The translations under genes and the position numbers were made by a program. From positions 62,001-126,000 of the forward strand of contig OZ025747.1 in assembly GCA_964019335.1 (NCBI GenBank): a stretch of DNA of 64,000 bases. The letters run 5' to 3'. This stretch comes from Diplonema japonicum. Lineage: Eukaryota > Protista > Euglenozoa: Diplonemea. Shown piece by piece: positions 44,398 to 57,235 of the stretch (position 1 is its first letter; every line of letters starts with the position of its first letter). The notes under the pieces are model-generated. The model ran no database searches, was not told the origin of the DNA, and saw nothing but the letters and a program-made list of their open reading frames with translations.

Positions 44398-46952
44398 ATG
44401 GAGGAGCCAACCCTGGCAGACCTCAAACATGAGATGCAAGATCTCAAAAAGATGATGCGCGGCATGAAGCTGCAGCTGGAGGACCAGCAAAACACGCGAC
44501 AGTCGAGAAGGAGCACCCTCAGGGGGAAGTTCATGCCGTTCGGGGCCATCGAAGAAAAACCGGAAAAATTAAGCCAATCTGACTCCACAATGTACGTTCC
44601 ATCAGCGGTTGAATTGCAAGAAAAACGGACGAGCCTCACATCATGGCGCACCACCGCCTCAGTTCTCAAGGCTGTTAGCAAATTGAAAAGCAACAACCGA
44701 GTTTCATTGGAGCCAAAAGCTCACGTGCAACAACAACCTGCTGTATTTCCAACCACCCAACCTGTCAACAATATTGAAAAAACAACTCACGGCGCAGGTG
44801 TTGGTAAGAAGTCCGTTGTGCAGCTCCCACCAACAAAATTAACCAAGAAAAAGATCAGAGCATCTGTTCAGACAACGCTCGTCCCGAGGAACAACCCTCT
44901 GAAATCCAACAAGGAACGTGGTTGGAGCAAATCCCTCTGCGGTAGAGAGGAAGACGTCATGATCCCAAACGGAACGGCGAAAATTGTAATCGACATCTTT
45001 GTTCTCGTCGCACTCCTTATAGAATTCGTCTGCGTCTTGTGGATCTGGGCGGCCTCCCTCGAAGATTTCGAAATCTGGTACATTTTCGTCGCGCTGTGGT
45101 CATCTATGGTAAACTTCATCTGGATCCTCACCAATTTTCGAACCGCTTTTATACAAGGTTTCACGCTAACCGACAACCCTGCTCACATTCAACTCCACTA
45201 TTTAAGAGGTTGGTTTGCGTTCGATCTGATCCTCTCCATACCGTGGGATATAATTGCATCGACCTTCGCATCCACACTGGCGGTTAAAATCTGCGCGGGG
45301 ATACGGGTTTTCAGGCTTTGTAGAGAACGGGGCTTGATGCAGAAGCTGAACCCTGTGGAGGACCCTCCCAACTGGCAGCAAGCGATCCGTGTTACTTTTT
45401 GGTTTTCAATCTCGCTTCACATTGCTACCTGTTCGTGGGTTTACATAGCAACGCACACCGATCAGGGCTTTGAGTCAAAAGAGGCGTTGGAACAAAACCG
45501 GGTTGCCCAGTATGTCGCAGCACTGTACTGGACCTGCGCTACTATATCCTCAACGGGTTATGGGGATATTTCGGCGACAAGCACGGGATCTAGAATTCTG
45601 GCGAATCTTTGGATTTGGGGAGGTGTTGGAATAACAGTTTGGATCGGGGCAAAAGTAACCCAGTGGATGGTCGTGGTGGACCCTTACGCCCTGGCAGAGC
45701 TCAAAAAAAGACGGCAATTGTACTCCTTAATGACAAAAAACAGAATACCGTGGAAAGTCCAGAAATCAGCATTTGCGATATACCCGGTGGTGCTGGAGAC
45801 ATCCAGCCATGATTACAACACAATCATTGATGAACTTCCACGGTTTCTACAAGACCAGATTCGTCTGCATGTTAAGATAAAACTGATCGATTCTGTTCCC
45901 ATCTTCAGAGGGATATCTGAAGAGTGCCAGGCAGCGCTGGCACAGGTTATGCTTCAGGAGTTCTTCCCGGTGGACGAAAATGTCATAGAATACGGCGATC
46001 AAGGCATGGAAATGTTTTTTGTGGAACACGGGATAGTTGAAATCTACACCATCAACCCAGACGGTGAGGAGGTGTGGATGGCCAACCTCAAAGGCGGATC
46101 GTTTTTCGGAGAAATCGCATTGATGTCCGAAGACTGCAGGCGTACTGCTACCGTCCGCGCAGTCACAAGCTGCACAATTTACACATTGACAAAACAAAAT
46201 TTCACTCTAATTGCATCGGTGTATCCTGATCTGAAGGCGAAGATGGAGGAGGAGGCGATAAAGCGCCTAGCGGACATCAAGAAAAATCTTCAAATGCTTG
46301 AAAGAATTCGCATGCTGGCGAAGATGCACCAGCTCCGGCCGAATTCCGACGACAGCAAGGCGAAGGAAAGATGGAAACGAGTCGTCTTAGAGGTCCTCGT
46401 CAACAAGAAAAAAGCGATTGGAACCACCGACACCAGCGACGAGAACACCAACAACAACAACAACAACAAACCTGAGGAGGATCTGAAACCAGGGGTGATT
46501 ATTGACTCTTCTTCTTCAGACGATGCTGGGAGTACCTACACTGACAGCAGTTGTTGTAACAATAAACTGGGCATTTTCCCTATGAGGGAGGTTACAATGA
46601 AGAGCCCGGTGCTGCAGCCGCGAATCGGTACATTTTCCGAACCGCTTTCGTTCTTGCCCGTGGGGCGGTCCAACAGCTTTTGCAGCAATTTGAGCGATGA
46701 CAATTTGGTAACGTGGGGGAGAAAAAAAAAAAAAGAAAAAAAAAAGGGCCGTAAGAATCCGACGATCATTTGTGGCCACAATCCCCTCTTGGCACCTGGT
46801 GCTGCAGGTGATTACCAGTCACACGCTTCTTCAGAAGTAAGGTATTTTTCAGGAAGGGGTGATAAAGGGGGGGGGGAAAATAAAAATTTAGCGATGATGA
46901 CTGTAAAGCTCGCAGAGAGGCGCCTATGAGCGACGACTTCAGCGCGTGTTAA
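44398..46952 (+). CDS. Cyclic-nucleotide-binding-domain cation/K+ channel (KCNH/HCN-like; exons 44398-46707, 46747-46841, 46892-46952)
   Basis: HYLRGWFAFDLI, S4 IRVFRLCR, pore TISSTGYGDI, CNBD GSFFGEIAL..RRTATVRA. The 3' intron models are moderately supported. Confidence 0.9.
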
Positions 46953-47492
46953 AAAAAAAAGAAAAAAAAAAAAAGAAAAGACGAGATATTTGACACATTT
47001 CCATGTGTTGATCCGGTTTTTTTTTTTGTTTTTTGTTTTGCCCCCTTCCCTTTAACCATACACGAATAGGTATGGGAAACAGGTAAGAAAGAAAAAAAAA
47101 AAAAGAACAGTGACATGAAGTCCTCATGATTTAAACAAAGTACTGTTTCTTTGTACTGACACTGTGATTCTTTTTCCCCCTCTTTTTTTTTATGTATTAC
47201 TCAACCCTCTGAAAAAAAAAAGAAAATGAGAAAAAGAAAAAAAAAAAGTTCCGTGTCCAAATGGTTTTTTTTTCTTTTTTTTTTTCTTTTTTCTTTTTTT
47301 TTCTCCTCTCTTTTTTCTTTCCAAAAAAAAAAAAGAAGAAATATATTTCCTTGGCGTAAACCCGTGTTTATGCCGTGATCCCTCTTTTTTTTTCAGGGGA
47401 AAAGACCCTTCCAGAAACCCTTGTATAAAAAAAACGGGGGGGGGGGAAAGAGAATCATGCTCGCTCTGCCTCCCTATTTTTTTTCTTTGGTG

Positions 47493-47669
47493 GGAAATAT
47501 AAGAAGTACATCAGATGTGTTGTTCGCTGTACCTCCTCGTCGGTCATCACCGGTAGCGCCAGAGTGGAAGAACGTGACGAACAGGCAGCAAACTCCTCCC
47601 CCCCTGCACGCATTAAGGACACGACACGGAACGCAGAAGAAGCCACAACTCGGCCGAGGAGCGCCCCCT
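47493..47669 (+). repeat. Dispersed intergenic repeat, copy 2
   Basis: Shorter relative of 15751-15990, lacking an internal segment. Confidence 0.8.
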
Positions 47670-47781
47670 ATATTCTTCTCTGAACACTTAACGCCCCATT
47701 TCTTCTTCATTCCCCCCCCCCCTTCTTTTTTTCCTGACAGCAAAAAAAAAAAGGGGGGCACACATACACATTAACCTAAAC

Positions 47782-48096
47782 ATGGCCAACACTGAGGGAT
47801 TCTCGAGCCTTGTTCTAGTCAGGAGCGTCCTCACCGTCAGCAAACGAAAGTATGCCACTGTCGAAGCAGCGAAGGATCGAGCCATGAAATGGCTAGCAAC
47901 GCAGCTTAACCTAGAGAAGGAGGTGGTCCAGCGAATGCAGTCCAAGATGGAACGGTCTCTTGACCACTTTTATGCAGATGTGAATGCCGAATATGACCTG
48001 GGGTTGGAGGTATGCCTTCATCAAATATTTATTTTTTTTTCTCAGCTTGACGAAGAGCCGCCTTTTGATCTGAGGTGCTCTCGCCTGTTCTGTTGA
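47782..48096 (+). CDS. Small hypothetical protein (probable intron 48010-48045)
   Basis: Coding-like ORF with an in-frame 36-nt GTATG..TTTCTCAG intron candidate. Confidence 0.45.
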   Translation: MANTEGFSSLVLVRSVLTVSKRKYATVEAAKDRAMKWLATQLNLEKEVVQRMQSKMERSLDHFYADVNAEYDLGLEVCLHQIFIFFSQLDEEPPFDLRCSRLFC

Positions 48097-48902
48097 GAAA
48101 ATGGGGGTAAATTCTTTTTTTTTTTTTTATAGGGGTGATAGTGCTTTCTTTTGTACACTTTAAGTGTTCCCCCTCCCCATTAACTCAATTTGTATTTAAT
48201 CTGGCATGTTTGCAATTAAGGTATCTGGGGCATTTTTTTAAAAAAAAAAGGGGGGGGAAAGCAAGAAAAACTACAAACGAAACCAAATTAAATTTTCCCG
48301 TCATTCAAGCCAATGAATTTCATTTTCCACCATCCACGGAAACTCAATTTCATATTAACTATCTCGAGGCAAAAGAAAGAAATAAATCAAAGAAGGCTGT
48401 GGTAAGTAGTGATGAAGGATATTTTCTTACATGGTGGACAAAAAATTCACTTTGAGCACCGTTTTGGTGGATATGAAATTGCAGTTTCCTTGAAGAATAG
48501 AGAAATATTCTTCGAGTTACCGTGGACAAAGGGTAAAAAAAAAAACAGTTTGTAGTTTTTTTCAAAGAAAAAAAAATGGGGTTGCACCAGTGATCTTTTT
48601 CTCAGTGCCGCATTTTTGGACTTAATGAAACCGGAAACCCCTTTCGTTTGCGAAAAAAAAAAAAGAAAAATCTGAATATCCGAACTTTTTTGTTTGTACC
48701 AAATTAATTTCGTGTTTTTTTTAAAAAAAGAATTTAAAAAAATTAGTTTTCTAGGGCCTCCGTAGACCGGTCAAAGAACCAAAATAAAATATAAAAAAAA
48801 AAAAAAAAAAAAAAGTAAAGATTTCTGAACATTTTCCGCTCTATATAAGTCCAAATTCCGTTTTGTATTTTGCCTCAGGGGAGGGTGCTGTACTGCAGCA
48901 AA

Positions 48903-48945
<43 letters not shown>

Positions 48946-49523
48946 GATTAGAATCGGGTTTGCGGGTTGTACCGTTGACCACATAGCAGTTTGGGGGTAA
49001 TTAAAAACAAAAAGGGGAAAACACAAGAAACTAACGAGTGAAGGCGTCCCCTCCATTTTTTGTTTCCTGTTGTGTTACTGTAAATTAAAAAAAAGCGGGG
49101 GGTGGGGTACTTTAAATCTGGGGGGGGGGGGAAGCATAATTTTTTTCTCGGACTGGGTAAAAATAATCTCTTCCCGAGTTGAAATTAAGAGGTAGTATTT
49201 CTCTCCCCCCCCCCCCCCCCGCCCCTCCCTTCCCCCTATCTTGTGAAACCCCCTTCTAATTCATTTTTATTTTATTTTTCAGTGAACTTTTTTTGGTGTA
49301 CTTGTATTCCACCACTGAATACATACCCTTTTTCTTTTGAAAATAAATCAACTAATTTAAAAGAAAAAACCCCCTATATAAATGTGATCAAAAAGTCTTT
49401 TCTTCTTTTTTTTTTTTTTTTTTTTGCCCCACCGTAGTCGGGACAAGGAAAAAAAGGCCCGTAAAGGTTGCCTCTCACCATGAAGAAGAGCTTTCTCGTC
49501 AGTAAGAAAAAACTTTTTTCTTT

Positions 49524-49554
49524 TTTATGACTATATGTCTTTGTTGTTCGCACG

Positions 49555-49589
<35 letters not shown>

Positions 49590-49612
49590 TTTTTCAAAAA
49601 GCTGCGAAAGTT
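49524..49612. repeat. Dispersed repeat, inverted copy of 21073-21137
   Basis: Reverse-complement match with an expanded internal A tract. Confidence 0.8.
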
Positions 49613-49803
49613 CCCAATCGCCTGGGATTTAAATTAGTTGATTTTACAATAAGAGAAATTATTTTAAAAAAAAAAAAAAAAAAAAACAAGGGAAAATAAA
49701 AAAAAAAAAAAAATTAAGCTGTGCAGGGCGCCACCAACACTGGCCCGCCTTTTAATCCCTTGCGTCCGATGGTTACACAATAGCAATAGCAAGAGCAAGA
49801 CGT

Positions 49804-50226
49804 ATGGTAGGTCAAGATGATTCCAGCCTTGTCAGCAGTCTCAGCTATGCTGCGTTGAGCAAGAGTGGTTTACAGTCCCACCTCTCTTCAAGCTCATGTT
49901 CTGGGGTCTTTGCGGGAGATGGAAGGTTCCAACTGTGCGCGAAAGTAGGATCAGGAGCATTCGGTCAAGTGTACCAAGCCGTCGACCTGGTCACATCGCG
50001 GGAGCTTGCCGTAAAGCTGGTGAAGAACAACAACACGTTAGTCAACGAGTACAAAGCGTACTGCGACATAGGGGAATTCCCCGGGATTCCAAATGTGACT
50101 TATAAAGGCGAAGAAGGACAGTTTGAAGTCCTCGCCATGGAACTGCTCGGCCCCAACCTGCAACATCTGTACGAGTACTGTTGCCAGCAATTCTCATTAA
50201 AAACACTGTTGATGCTGGGTATGGCG

Positions 50227-50259
<33 letters not shown>

Positions 50260-50823
50260 CCAGGTGAGCAGATCCTCCATATTTTGCAGCATGTCCATTC
50301 AATGGGTTACATCCACAGAGACATAAAACCCGAGAATTTTGCGATGGGTTTGGGGCAGAAAGGGAACTATGTCTACCTGATAGACTACGGTATTGCCAAA
50401 CGATACAGAGACCTAAGGGGCCTGCACATCCCTTTCATACAAGACAAAGCGTTCATCGGGACCACAAGGTACGCCTCTATAGGCACGCACTTGGGGTATG
50501 AACAATCGAGGAAGGACGACTTGGAGTCCTTGTGCTACATCATGGGGCATTTAAGCGGTTCGCTCCCGTGGCAGGGCATCAAGGCCCGGAACAAGATTGA
50601 GAAGAGAGAGGCCGTTCTCGTATTGAAGAAGGAGTACCCTGATTCGAGCTGCCCCTCTTGCTTCTCGGCTATCTTGAAACACGCGCAAGATCTTCTACAC
50701 AACGAGGACCCCGACTACACCTACATGCTAGGCGTTTTGAAGGACACGTTTGTTTCGCAAGGCTACACCAAAGACTTCGCCTTCGATTGGTTTGATCATG
50801 TTGATCGTTATCGGGGCGGTTGA
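49804..50823 (+). CDS. Casein kinase 1 family protein kinase (exons 49804-50218, 50264-50823)
   Basis: GSGAFG, LAVK, MELLGPNL, FSLKT, HRDIKPENF, IDYG, GTTRYAS, EQSRKDDLES, LPWQG. A 45-nt poly(T) intron explains the poly-Phe in the ORF track. Confidence 0.95.
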
Positions 50824-50973
50824 CGTGGGGGGGGGGGGGGGGGGGGGGGATCGAATTTCCATTTGAATTTCTGATTGTATTTTTTTTTTTTTCCAAAAAA
50901 AAAATCGACCAAAATTAGACCAAAAAAAGAAGGAGGGAAAGAAAGGGGAAAAAAAAAAAAAAAAAAAAAAAAA

Positions 50974-52167
50974 ATGGCATGCATCGTGGGTGACGAGACG
51001 GGTCTGGTCAAGGTGGTGGACCTCACCAAGGCAACCATCCCGAAGGTGTCGTACCAGGTCGGGTGTCAAGACAGAGACGACGGTGTGATGGGCATTGTAC
51101 CAGGCCGTCACGAAGGCGAGTATTTTGTCAGCCACCTTGGAGGGAAAGTAACAGTGATGCGAGGCGGTCAAGAGGGAAGGGGTCCTATCGACGCTGTGGA
51201 CGTAGAAGGCACGCTCCTCCCCCCTGCCAGCCCTTCTGCCATCCACTTCGACAAGGCATCAAACTCCCTCATCACAGTCGACGACGAAGGAAACGTCCAA
51301 TCCGTTTCCGTCACCGAAACTAAAGACGGATCCTTAACACTAGACACAACCGCTGGGTTTGTAGTAACAGGACCGGTAACATGCGTCATATTTCACACAC
51401 ATGAAGACTGGGGTTTGGTCATAGGCGTGGGTGGACGGCAAAACGAGATATCAATGTACAAAATGTCAACCGGAGAACGGGTATGGGGCTGCAGGGAACT
51501 ACCGCACTGCTCGTTAGGGTTGAGACAAAAAGTTTTCCCCAGCGCAGCGTGTGTATTGGGCACCGGGGAACTGTTCGTCACCACCGGCTACAAACAGCTG
51601 AGAACATACGAATTGAAAGGAAAAGCCAGACGGCCCACAATCGACTGGACACCAGAATGGTTAGACGATGTCAGAATATTCTGCGTTCGAGCATACAAGG
51701 ACTCAGAGGCAATATTCGCTGACAACACGGGTTCTGTCTACAGGGTTTGCATGGTTAAAAAACAGCTTTTGATGAAGTACAGAGGCTGCTCTGGGACGGC
51801 ACGGGATGTCTCAATCCACCCTACCCTGCCGTTTGTCATATCTGCAGGCCTCCCACGGAAGGTTTACGTACACGACATCAACACCGGGAAGCTCGTTTCG
51901 ACATGCTACCTGAAGCAGCGTTTGAACACAGTGTTGTTCTGTCCCGCCGATCCCTTCACGGATAAATACACGCACTCTGAAGCGGAGCCGGGGAAGACGA
52001 CGGAGGATCCGTTGAACGAGCTTTGGATGGACCTGAAAGCTGCGAAGAAACGCAAAGACACGGGGAGCAAACCCGACGAAGAAGGCGAGAACGAAACCGA
52101 CAAACCGACGGCGGGGAAAAAAGCGAAAAAACGAAGGGTCGTCGTCGTGAAGAGGAAAATAAAATGA
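50974..52167 (+). CDS. NSA1: Ribosome biogenesis WD40 protein NSA1/WDR74
   Basis: GDETGLVKVV start, VGG.QNE, LGLRQ.VF, TGYKQLR.Y..K..RRP, YRG.SG..R, YLKQRLN.VL, 'ELW..L' followed by a basic tail. Confidence 0.85.
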   Translation: MACIVGDETGLVKVVDLTKATIPKVSYQVGCQDRDDGVMGIVPGRHEGEYFVSHLGGKVTVMRGGQEGRGPIDAVDVEGTLLPPASPSAIHFDKASNSLITVDDEGNVQSVSVTETKDGSLTLDTTAGFVVTGPVTCVIFHTHEDWGLVIGVGGRQNEISMYKMSTGERVWGCRELPHCSLGLRQKVFPSAACVLGTGELFVTTGYKQLRTYELKGKARRPTIDWTPEWLDDVRIFCVRAYKDSEAIFADNTGSVYRVCMVKKQLLMKYRGCSGTARDVSIHPTLPFVISAGLPRKVYVHDINTGKLVSTCYLKQRLNTVLFCPADPFTDKYTHSEAEPGKTTEDPLNELWMDLKAAKKRKDTGSKPDEEGENETDKPTAGKKAKKRRVVVVKRKIK

Positions 52168-52309
52168 TTATAAAAAAAAAAAAATAAAAAAAAAAGTACA
52201 ATATAAAAAAAAAAAAAAAAAAAAAATCATATGGTGGGGATAAGGTTTGATCACACAGTTTTACCCCCCCCCCCCCCCTCCCATAACATACAAAAAGTAC
52301 TAAGGGAAC

Positions 52310-53458
52310 ATGCTTGCTGTCAGTGCCAACTCAACATGGATCCAAGGAGATGCCGTATGCCTAGGGTGCGGGGTAGTGGCGGAACTGGTTGGAGCACCTA
52401 GAATACAAAGCGGTGCGCATGACATCTGCGACGCACCTTGCAAGCGTGTTATCGAAAAACTCTGCGTCCGCAACGACTTTTTGTCGGCCAGAGTGAAGGA
52501 GCTGCAGCAGCAAATGCGGTCTGGTCAATCTCTCGACGACGGTGCAGCTTCTAAAAACCCAACAACGACGCAATCCTACACATACACGGCACCTTCCGGT
52601 GCGGTACAAACCGCCCCGTTGAGAGTGCCTGTAAAATACCAAGACGGCACCACTCAAACACAAAAAATCGAGTTCACAAAGGGCACCAACGTCGTTGTAC
52701 GCGACCGTTCAACAGAACAGTGGCGAAAAGGAGTTGTAACAGACAGCAACGGTTCAGGCGGACGAGTCGTAGTCAGGGTACCGGGCATCGGCGAGCACAC
52801 CTGGGGCCACATCCAAATAGACGGCCACAATGAAACCCCACCACACCATAAGAACTCAACGGTGTCAAAACCAACTCAGTCGGAACCAGAAATCAAAAGC
52901 ACCACGAATAAAATATCCGGGCTTGACTTACTAACCTCAAGCGAACTAGCTGACATGGTAAAAACTGTTAGCGAGCTCAAGACGAAAGTCGATAAATTGC
53001 AAGCGGAGAACACCAGGCTCACCACCCAACTGAACACCGCCACGACAGACAAAACAAATCTCACGCAGAAGATCACCGCAGAACAGACGCGTAAGGAGAC
53101 ACTTGAGTATCTGAACAAGGTACAGTTGGAGGAGAACTCGCAGCTGTCGAGGAAGATCGCGGAGCTCGCTACGCTGAGAAGCGAGAAAACGCGTTTGGAA
53201 AACGACCTGTCTGCGTGTACAAAATCTTTCGAAGCGACGCTGTCCTCGGAGATCTCCGTGCAGCAAACGGTGGCCGCAATAACGGCCCGTGTGCAGAATT
53301 TGTTGCGGACGCAAGCACAGGTTTTACAAGCGAGGAAAATGGCTGCGGTGTCGTCACCGGACGAGTTCAAAAAATGGTTGCTGCAGTGCGACCCGCACTT
53401 GGCGCTGCTGAGCGAACACCCTTGCAAGTCGAAATTCAGGAAAATGCGAAATTTGTAA
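52310..53458 (+). CDS. Coiled-coil protein with SH3/Tudor-like module
   Basis: GTNVVVRD....WRKGVV..VVVRV..TWGHI beta module, N-terminal Cys cluster, C-terminal heptads. Confidence 0.65.
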   Translation: MLAVSANSTWIQGDAVCLGCGVVAELVGAPRIQSGAHDICDAPCKRVIEKLCVRNDFLSARVKELQQQMRSGQSLDDGAASKNPTTTQSYTYTAPSGAVQTAPLRVPVKYQDGTTQTQKIEFTKGTNVVVRDRSTEQWRKGVVTDSNGSGGRVVVRVPGIGEHTWGHIQIDGHNETPPHHKNSTVSKPTQSEPEIKSTTNKISGLDLLTSSELADMVKTVSELKTKVDKLQAENTRLTTQLNTATTDKTNLTQKITAEQTRKETLEYLNKVQLEENSQLSRKIAELATLRSEKTRLENDLSACTKSFEATLSSEISVQQTVAAITARVQNLLRTQAQVLQARKMAAVSSPDEFKKWLLQCDPHLALLSEHPCKSKFRKMRNL

Positions 53459-53574
53459 TTTTTTTTTTTCAAATTGTACCCCCTCTTCTTTTTTTTTTTT
53501 TTTTTTTTTTTTTCCCCTCTGCAAAAAAATTTTTTTTCTGGAGAAAGGAGGGGAAAAAAAAAAAAAAAAAAAAA

Positions 53575-54519
53575 ATGCCGACGCTGACTCAAAAAACCTG
53601 CCGTTATGATGAAAAGGATATTGTAGTGGATGTTGGGGTCGTTGAGGGTGATGATGTGTTCGAAGTCGCCTCTGAGGAGGAGATCATAATGGTAGTCCCT
53701 GGGAACCCGGGTCTGGCGTCGTTTTACCTAAAATTTGCAAGATATCTGATCAAAGAGTTGGAGAAGAACGAGGTGAGCAGGAGGGTGGTGTGCCTCGGCT
53801 TTGCAGGACACGCAAGCGGGAGAGCACACAACAACACCGTGTTCGGAGCTTCGCAACAAATCGGCTTTGTAAAAGCATTGGCCGACAAAATTCTGGAAAA
53901 AAACCCGAAGGCGAAACTGCACCTTGTAGGCCATTCTGTAGGGGCGTATGTCTCTGTTCATGTCGCAGCAAAGATCCCTCAGGAAAATGTAAGAACTGTT
54001 ACAGGGCTTTTCCCGACGGTCGAACACATTGCCAAGGGAGACAATGCTGTGACCCGTCCTTTGTTTCTCCCGGGTTTGCGGCACTTTGCCGCCTCTCTAG
54101 CTTCTGTTGTCGGATACCTTCCTATCGCTTTGCGTAAGAAAATAGGCGGGTTTTTCGCAACAACCACCGAGCCAGAGCATCTTGAGGTGGTGGCTTCCAT
54201 GACTGACTACAACCTCGTCAATAATATTCTCTACATGGCATCTACTGAGATGCATGAAATCCAGGATATCTGCCACACCACTCTTTCCACAATTGCGGCG
54301 AAATGCTCGTTTTACTACGGGGTCAGTGATGGGTGGGTTCCGCAGAGCCTGATCCCCGACATGAGAAAGCATTTGGAGAGCCACACAGGGTCGCCGCCGT
54401 CGTCGTGTGTCAAGGAACCCCTTCCGCGTGTCATAATAGATGGGACAACCGCCCCTCACGCCTTTGTGCTCACGCACAGCGAGGAGGTTGCGAAGGAAAT
54501 CTCGCCCATTTTCTTGTGA
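53575..54519 (+). CDS. LDAH: Lipid-droplet-associated serine hydrolase
   Basis: VPGNPGL..FY, GHSVGAY nucleophile elbow, LFPT, DGWVP, PHAF. Confidence 0.85.
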   Translation: MPTLTQKTCRYDEKDIVVDVGVVEGDDVFEVASEEEIIMVVPGNPGLASFYLKFARYLIKELEKNEVSRRVVCLGFAGHASGRAHNNTVFGASQQIGFVKALADKILEKNPKAKLHLVGHSVGAYVSVHVAAKIPQENVRTVTGLFPTVEHIAKGDNAVTRPLFLPGLRHFAASLASVVGYLPIALRKKIGGFFATTTEPEHLEVVASMTDYNLVNNILYMASTEMHEIQDICHTTLSTIAAKCSFYYGVSDGWVPQSLIPDMRKHLESHTGSPPSSCVKEPLPRVIIDGTTAPHAFVLTHSEEVAKEISPIFL

Positions 54520-54573
54520 GTCTTTTTTTTTTTCTTTTTTTTTTTTTCTTTTTTTCGGGGCAAAAATTTGAAG

Positions 54574-54604
<31 letters not shown>

Positions 54605-54623
54605 GGGAGGGAAAAAAAAAAAA

Positions 54624-55119
54624 ATGACAACGCTCGCCAAGCCGATTGAGAGTCAGGACGACAAGTGGCTGATGCAGAGGAAGATGGAGACCGAACAAAC
54701 ACAACAGACCGACGCCAAATTGAAACAGAAAGCGACGAAAAAGGAAAAGGAAATGCTCATCGACAGGTTGTACGGGAAGGTCTACAAAGAACAGCAAGTC
54801 ATGAGCCCCAGACGTCAAAAATCCACCGAGGAGGTCCTCCGTGGAGGCTGGAGAAGCTTCGGCCCAGAATCAACCGTAAACGAGCACAGACTCCTATCAC
54901 CACGCAACAAAACCGTGTCCAAAAAAAAACTCGGGATATCAGATAGGCTACACAACAACAAAACCAAGGCTCGCAACAGGGAGTGGATCATGGACGAACA
55001 GGAGAAGCACCAGCATCTACTGTACCCAGGCCACCCCGACTGCAAACAGGTTAGATTCGACACACTGCAAATATTAACAGGAGGCCAACCACAACCGGTA
55101 TATATAAATATGACAACAC

Positions 55120-55151
<32 letters not shown>

Positions 55152-55748
55152 GCAGCCGCGATTCTCCAAACAACGTCGATCCACGAAAGCAAGGAAAGGA
55201 AAAAATCAAGAAGCAGGAGCAGGAGCGTGAGGTCGAGCAGGTCTGTGCAGTCAGGGTGCGAGATGAAATCGTTGGATTTCAGCGCATTGAACAGAGAGGA
55301 AGACGACGATGACGGGAGCATGAGCGTGAGCATTCAGCTGCATGAGGAAATTTCTACAGCGAGGTCTTCTACCAAAGTGAGACCCCCTGATGTTCCTTCT
55401 GACTATGAGACAGCATCAGAAGACGTCGGGCCTGAGGAGAAGAGCTCTTCTCGAGGATCTAGAAGGTCGTCTTGTTCATCTACCGACACCGAGGATGAGC
55501 TCTCCCCTCGGTACAAATCGTACTTTAGCTCAATGACCTCGCAGACATCCCACTCTGCTGACCACACAACCGAGTACGACAAGACGGAGACGGAAACAGA
55601 GACGAGTTCTGAAGCACCCACCGCGGCTACCTCCGAGGTCAGCAAACAGTTCTTCGAGTGTTCCGCCACGCTTCTCACAACTGAGCACATCGACATGAAC
55701 ACCACCCAGGCTTCGCTGTCCTACATGGAGGATAGTGGTTATGATTAA
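54624..55748 (+). CDS. Hypothetical Ser/acidic low-complexity protein (probable intron 55098-55148)
   Basis: ATG after an A tract; IDRLY/SDRLH motifs; in-frame poly(A) GT..AG segment. Confidence 0.6.
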
Positions 55749-57186
55749 AAAAAAAATTTTTTTTTTGTTGTGCGAAAAAAAAAAATGAAAGAAAAGAGGG
55801 GAAGGGGGGGGTGAGGGTTTTAGCACATTTTTTTTTGCTCTCTTTGATCTGATTTTTTTTTCCCCCTTACCCTTCTCCTTTTTTTTTTTTAATACTCTTA
55901 TGGGCGAAGTGATGATGATACAAAAAAGTTCTCACGGGGTCTTTTTTTTTTCTTTTTTTTTTTTCTTTTTTTTTCTTAGGGAGTGTGCTACGGTAGTTTG
56001 AAAAAAGATTTTTATTATTTTTTTCCCCCCCTTTTTTTTATGTTTGTTATTGTCGGTATCAAAAAAAAAAAAAAAAAAAAAAAAAATGTTGGGCCAGCGT
56101 TTTATGCGTTACAAAATAATCTCTTTATTAAGTAAAAAGTTTTGTAACCCCCGTTGCTAACACGGACATTTTTTTTTCCTCTTTCTTTACACGTTTTGCA
56201 CAACACCCTTCTTCAAAAATACCTTTCACAATTTAAAAAAAAAAAAAAGAAGGGCTTTCCGTTCTGTTTTATGCTATTATTGTCCCCACCCACCACCCAC
56301 ACTTTGTCTTGAAAGTGCCACCAACAAGATCAGCACATAACAGATTCATAGCTAATGCAACAATGCAAATGGCAACTTTAACCATAACCATAACCATAAC
56401 CAAGCCAAACCGTTGAGGTTTGGTGGTGTGTTCTTGTGAGCGGTAATTGCCTCTCATCCCCCCCCCCCCCCCCCCATTGCCTCCCCAACCCTTTTCCCCT
56501 CTCTTTTTTGTTTACCCCCTCCCCCATTGCCTCTCATCCCCCCCCTTTTTTTCTTTCTGTTTCCTAAATACCAAGTTACTTGCAACGTCATTGAGAGAAA
56601 GAAGAGAAGGAAAGAGGAAAATAAAATAAAATAAAATAAAATAAAAAAAAATCCCACGCCTTTCAAATCGCAATGCTTGAGTTGCTGGGTATAAAGAGTG
56701 GTATAAAAAAAACTTTTTTTCAAGAAGGGGGGATGCCCAACCCTTCCCTGGGTTAATCACGTGTTTAAAAAAAAAAAAAAAGATCGATAGAGAGACAAAA
56801 AAAAAAAAAAAAAAGTAAGTGACAAGTCAAGAAAGTCTCTCGCTGTTTGCGACACCTAGCCCACTTATCTTCTTTGTGAAAAAAAAAAAGTTCTCTTATG
56901 CTTTAGTTTTTTTTTTTTTCCCCTTCGTGCCTCCCTCCCAGCTGGTTCCCCCTTTTTTGGGCAGCAAGACCTTTGCCGGGTCTAGGTGAGTTACGACACC
57001 TCCCCTTAAGCGAGTCATTTCAGAGAGGTGGTGCCGCACAGGTGAACAGCTCGTTCCAAAGTGTCGTCAGTCGTCAGACTACAAACCCCCCACTTGGAGC
57101 CGACTGTGGTGGGGCGTACTGAACGCTGTTTGATTTGTGTCACCTTGACGTTAAAAAAAATCGAGTTTTTTTCTTCTTCTATACAA

Positions 57187-57235
<49 letters not shown>

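Noticed and set aside
56388-56400. Interstitial telomeric repeat
   Set aside because: The unit is TAACCA, not CCCTAA, and there are fewer than four copies.
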